A stretch of 64,000 bases of DNA, taken from NCBI RefSeq assembly GCF_009914755.1, contig NC_060926.1, one strand, 5' to 3'. The stretch comes from the human T2T-CHM13v2.0 reference genome, Homo sapiens. The translations under genes and the position numbers were made by a program. The notes beneath the pieces are model-generated. The model had not been told where the DNA came from. It made no database searches and saw nothing but the letters and a program-made list of their open reading frames with translations. The first letter of the stretch is position 1; the number at the start of each line of letters is the position of its first letter. Shown one piece after another: positions 59,546 through 64,000 of the stretch.

Positions 59546-62500
59546 CTTTTATTCTTAGTTGACACACAATAATTGTATGTATTTATGAGATACATAGAGA
59601 TATTTTGATATATGCCTAAAATGAGTAATAATCAAATTAGGGTAGTTAGCAAATCCATATACTCAGAAATTTGTCACTTATTTCCATTGTGAATATTCAG
59701 AACCCTCTCTTCCAGCTTTCTGAAGATATACCATAAATTGTTGTTAACTATATTCACTCTATAGTGCTGTCTAAAACACTCGAACTTATTTCTCCTATCT
59801 GGCTATAATTTTGTATCCTTTAACTAGCTTCTCTCTATCATCCCTTTCCCCATTCATTCCCACTGTCTAATAAGCTCTATTCTACTGTTTACTTTTATGA
59901 CCTTAGTTTTGATTTTTTGTTTTGTTTTATTTTATTCTGTTTCTGGAGACAGAGTCTCACTCTGTTAACCAGGCTGGAGTGTAGTAGTGCAATCACAGCT
60001 CACTGTAGCCTTAACCTCCCAGACTCAAATGATCCTCCCACCTAAGCATCCAAAGTAGCTGGGACTACAGGCGTGCACAACTACACATGACTAATTTTTT
60101 TTTAATTTTTTTGTAGAGACATAGTCCCACTCTGTTACTTAGGCTGGTCTTGAACTCCTGGGCTCAAGTGATCCTGCCACCTTGGCCTCCCAAAGTGTTG
60201 GAATGACAGGTTTGAGGCACTGCACCCAGCCTGCAAGCTTAGTTTTTTTAGCTCCCATGTATTAAGTGAGAATATGCAGTACTTATCTTTCTGTGCCTGA
60301 CATTTCAAATAACATAATGTTTTCCAGGCTTATTCGTGTTTCCACAAATGACAGTATTTCATTTTTTATGGCTGAATAGTATTCCATTGTGTGTATATAC
60401 CATGTTTCTTTACCCATTTATTAGTTGATTGACATTTGATTCCACATGGCTGATTCCATATATTGGCCATTGTTAATAGAGCTTCAGTAAACATGAGAAT
60501 GCAGATATCGCTTTAATATACTGGTGTCCTTTCACATGGATAAATACCTAGTAGTGAGACTGCAGGGTTGTACATATATCTATTTGTAGTTTTTTGAAAC
60601 ACTTTCCTACTCTACTCCAATAATGAGCTACTAATTTACATTACCATCAATGGTTTATAAAATTCCCTTTTCTCAACATTTGTTATTTTTTGTGTTTTTT
60701 AAGGTAGCCATTTTAATTGGGGTAAGATATCTCATTGTGGTTTTGATTTACATTTTCTTGATGATCAGCAATGTTTAGCATATTTAAAATATATTTGTTG
60801 GTCATTTGTATGTCTTATTTTGAGAAATGTCTATTCAGATCCTTTGCCCATTTTTGAATCATATGATTTGCTTCTTTTCTGTCAAGTTTTTGAACTCCTT
60901 ATATATGCTTGATATTAGTCCCTTGTCAAATAAATAGTATGCAAATATTTTCTTCCATTCTACAAGATGTCTCCACTATGTCAATTGTTTCCTTTACTGT
61001 GCAAAAATGTTTTAGTTTGATATAGTTTCATTTATCTATTTCTGTTTTTGTTACCTGTGCTTTTAAAGTCTTACTCATAAAATCTTTGCCTAGACCAATA
61101 TCCTGAAATGTTTTCCCTATGTGTTATTTTATGAGTTTTATGGCTTCAGGTCTTATATTTAAATCTTGAAGCCATTTTGAGATGATTTTTTATATGGTGA
61201 AAGATAAGGGTCTAGCTTCATTCTCCTGTATATGGATATCTAGTTTTCCTAGCACTATTTATGGAAGAGACTGTGCTTTCCCTGTTCTATGTTCTTTGCA
61301 TTTTTGTTAAAGATGAGTTGTCGGTAAGTGCATAGATTTATATCTGGGTTCTTTACTCTGTTCCATTGACCTATGTGTCTGTTTTTATACCAATATCAAA
61401 CAGTTTTGGTTACTATAGCTTTGTAGTATATTTGAAGTTCAGTAGTGTGTGACTCCACCTTTCTTCTTTCTGAGGAGAATGGCTTTAGCTATTCGAGGTA
61501 ACTTGAACTCCACGTAGATTTTAAGATTGTGTTTTTTCTATTTCTATGAAGAATGCAATTGGTATTTTAATATGAAATGCATTGAAGCTGTAGAGTACTT
61601 TGGATAGTATGGTCATTTTGCCAATATTGATGATTCCAATCCATTAACATGGGACACTTTTCCATATTTTGTGTTCTTTTAAGTTTCCTTAATCAGTGTT
61701 TTGTAAATTTCATTGTAGAGATTTTTCATCTCTTTGGTTAGATACATTCCTAGATATTTTATTTTCTTGTAGCTATTTTAAATGGCATTATTTCTTGATT
61801 TCTTTCTCAGCTAGTTTTCCTTGGAACTCTCCAAATTTGAATATTTATTTATTTTATTGTGTTTCATATGTTATATAAGCTTTTTTTCTTTCTTTTTTCA
61901 TTTTGTTCAAGTTCATTACAAGTTCAGAAATTCTTTCATCTGTTTGACCTAGACTGATATTGAGGCTCTTAATTGTATTTTTTATCTTATTCATTGAGTT
62001 CTTCAGTTCCAGGATTTCTGTTTGGTTCTTTTTTATATCTCTTTGTTGAATTTCTCATCAAAATCATGAATATTTTTTCTGATTTTATTGAATTATCTTT
62101 CTTCTCTTGTATCTTGCTGAGTTTCTTTAAAGTCATCATCTTGAATTTATTTTCAGATGTTTCATAGATTTCCTTTTCTTTGCTATCTGTTACTAGAGAA
62201 TTATTGTGTTCCTTTGGAGGTGTCATATTTTCTTACCTTTTTATTTTTCTTGTGACCCTACATTTGTATCTGCTCATTTGGTTGAATAGTCCTAATAATG
62301 TCATGAAGTAGATCTTTTAGGAAAAGACTTTTCCCTGTAGATGTGTCCTATACTGTCAGATGGGTAGGATACTTTGGCTTTGATTCTAGATGGTCAATAC
62401 AGTGTAGTTTCTATGTGATTTCTCCAGCTATAATCAGCTTCAGCAGTGTCTGAAAATTCTTCAGTGGCCTAGGCTGTGGTTGGTTGTGAAGACTATGAAG

Positions 62501-62606
62501 CTTTGCTTAGGATGGGAGCACTGAGTGGGCTGGTCCTCAGGCTCCCATGCAGGTCACATATGCACTGAGTGATGGTGGCCAACCAGTCCCCAGGCCCCCA
62601 GGCTGG
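59546..62606 (-). mobile_element. L1MA4-like element retaining 3'UTR, ORF2 C-terminus, ORF1 N-terminus and 5' sequence, with large internal deletion near 61815
   Basis: 3' end 'caataattgtatgtatttatgagatacatagagatattttgata'; ORF 61987-62226 MTPPKEHNNSLVTDSKEKEIYE... resembles L1MA ORF1p N-terminus; TSD tgcctgt(a/g)ctt at 59527-59537 and 62607-62617. Confidence 0.85.
59911..60231 (-). mobile_element. AluJ inside L1MA
   Basis: 'cacagctcactgtagccttaacctccc...tcctgggctcaagtgatcc'; TSD core cttagtttt on both sides. Confidence 0.92.
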
Positions 62607-62619
62607 TGCCTGTGCTTTT

Positions 62620-62924
<305 letters not shown>

Positions 62925-63476
62925 TAAAATTTGATTAATGCCCAGAAACTTTTCCTCTATTTTTTCTTCAAAGAGTAAGTTTTAGATCTCATGTTTAAGT
63001 CTTTCATCCATTTTGAGTCTATTTTCTGCGTATTGAGTAAAATAAGGGCTTTTCTCAAGGAAGTTCTACTAGTCATTTTTTTCAATTGTCATAAAACCTA
63101 ATCTTTTAATTTTAATATACAAACTAGAAATTGAAACAGTTTAAACATATTTCAGACAAATATTTGAAGATAGAGCCAGTATTACCTACAAGAAAAACAA
63201 AAGTATTTAGGGAACAAATATTTGAAGGCTTGAATTAGACACCTTGAGAAATACTTATAACCTTTCATAAATTCTATTGAATCAATGAGCTTTCAGTTCT
63301 GCCCATTTTCTCTATCTTCCAGATTCATGATATTCTGAATCCCTTAACAGATTCTTCAAACTTATTCTGTTCATGAGATTTTCCCTTTCCTCAGCCTCAA
63401 GAAAATTACATTTCTATCTGTATTAAATTACTTTTAATATCTTCTTATAAGATTAATATCTGCTTACTCTGAATTC

Positions 63477-63624
63477 TGTTACTGAAATATCAGGGGTTCA
63501 GTCTAGATCCTGCTGCTTGCCACACAGAAAGCCAATCACTGGGACAATTCATGTTGCCAAGAAAGAATCCTTTAATCAGGTGCTGCAACCAAGGAGATGG
63601 GAGAACACTGAAATTTATCTCTCT
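63477..63624 (-). mobile_element. MER31-like ERV1 LTR (interrupted)
   Basis: 'tgttactgaaatatcaggggttcagtctagatcctgctgcttgccacacagaaagccaatcactg...tttaatcaggtgctgca'. Confidence 0.75.
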
Positions 63625-64000
63625 TTTAATGGTTAATACTGAATGTCAATTTGATTGGATTGAAGGATGTAAAGTATTACTATTGAGTGTGTCTGTGAGG
63701 GTATTACCAAAGGAGATTAACATTTGAGTCACTGGGCTGGGAAAGGTAGACCCACCCTTAATCTGGGTGGGCACCATCTAATCAGCTGCCAGCCCAACCA
63801 GAATATAAAGCAGGCAGAAAAAACATGAAAAGGCTAGATAGGTTACTCTCCCATCCTACATCTTTCCCCCATGCTGGATGCTTCCTGCTCTTGTACATTG
63901 GACTCCAAGTTCTTCAGCTTTGGAACTTGAACTGGCTTTCTTGCTCCTCAGCTTGCAGATGGCCTATTGTGGGGCCTTGTGATCATGTGAGTTAATAGTA
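63625..64000 (+). mobile_element. MLT2A (HERV-L) LTR, runs off the window
   Basis: 'atggttaatactgaatgtcaatttgattggattgaaggatg...agacccacccttaatctgggtgggcaccatctaatcagctgccagc'. Confidence 0.92.

Overview
AT-rich, CpG-poor, repeat-dominated primate genomic DNA (AluY/S/J plus an LTR12/ERV9 LTR point to a catarrhine, probably human or ape). I find no credible protein-coding gene, RNA gene or CpG island. The ORF-track entries I can assign are translations of Alu, L1, MaLR, Tigger1 or simple repeats, and the rest are short ORFs with no recognisable protein. The window is a palimpsest of transposable elements: 9 near-full Alus plus a FLAM, several L1s (mostly on the minus strand), a complete THE1 MaLR provirus with a perfect 5-bp TSD, a 5'-truncated LTR12 fused to a Tigger1, an LTR16/HERV16-type remnant, and MLT1, MLT2A, MER31, MER58A, L2 and MIR fragments. 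I do not see a novel biological system. The most notable non-catalogue structures are a perfect 23-bp inverted repeat, two non-tandem local duplications (157 bp and ~140 bp), a mixed direct/inverted repeat knot, a textbook twin-primed L1 in an Alu tail, and a three-level nested L1/L1/Alu insertion. Subfamily names come from recalled consensus motifs and need RepeatMasker/Dfam confirmation.
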